Part shown: positions 63,926 to 64,000 of the stretch, in pieces
Position numbering within the stretch: the first letter of the stretch is position 1
Layout of the letters: every line of letters begins with the position of its first letter
NCBI GenBank assembly: GCA_028534125.1
Contig: CM052817.1
Location: forward strand, 45,634,001 to 45,698,000
From: Lama glama
Lineage: Eukaryota
Length of the DNA: 64,000 nt
Direction of reading: 5' to 3'
Made by a program: the position numbers and the translations under genes
Notes under the pieces: model-generated
Database searches by the model: none
Seen by the model: only the letters and a program-made list of their open reading frames with translations
Told to the model about the DNA's origin: nothing

Positions 63926-64000
63926 AATCTTGGTCATAAAAGTCACTACGGACAGACACCCTTTCCTGCGACCCTGTGCCCTGAGGCAGAGGAGGGTAGG

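Noticed and set aside
1..64000. CRISPR arrays, operons, tRNA/rRNA genes or a novel multi-gene system
   Set aside because: None seen. The window is mammalian intronic and intergenic DNA explained by PARM1, a retrocopy and common repeats.

Overview
Mammalian genomic DNA, most likely from a camelid (alpaca or camel). This is an inference from camelid/artiodactyl-type L1 3' ends and the absence of recognisable Alu, B1, Bov-tA/Bov-B, PRE1 or Can-SINE elements. The right third holds the 3' part of PARM1 on the minus strand: the 79-nt transmembrane exon (55039-55117), the last coding exon (43497-43581, ending ...[27 protein letters not shown]) and a ~3.8-3.9 kb 3' UTR. The upstream exons lie beyond the right edge. 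The left ~39 kb is repeat-rich downstream intergenic DNA: L1, L2, MIR, MaLR/ERVL LTRs, an ERVL internal remnant, a cluster of ERV1 solo LTRs and hAT DNA transposons. It also contains a decayed UBE2D3-type processed pseudogene inside an L2. Almost all ORFs in the track are spurious. I see no evidence of a new multi-gene system. The best leads are: (i) a pair of young inverted L1s flanking the PARM1 TM exon, whose skipping would give a TM-less Thr-rich isoform expected to escape junction-dependent NMD; (ii) a MER41-like LTR retaining a GAS motif; (iii) a RORE/E-box cluster just downstream of PARM1; (iv) an intronic CpG-island-like patch. Repeat names come from recalled consensus sequences, and boundaries are approximate unless a TSD is given.
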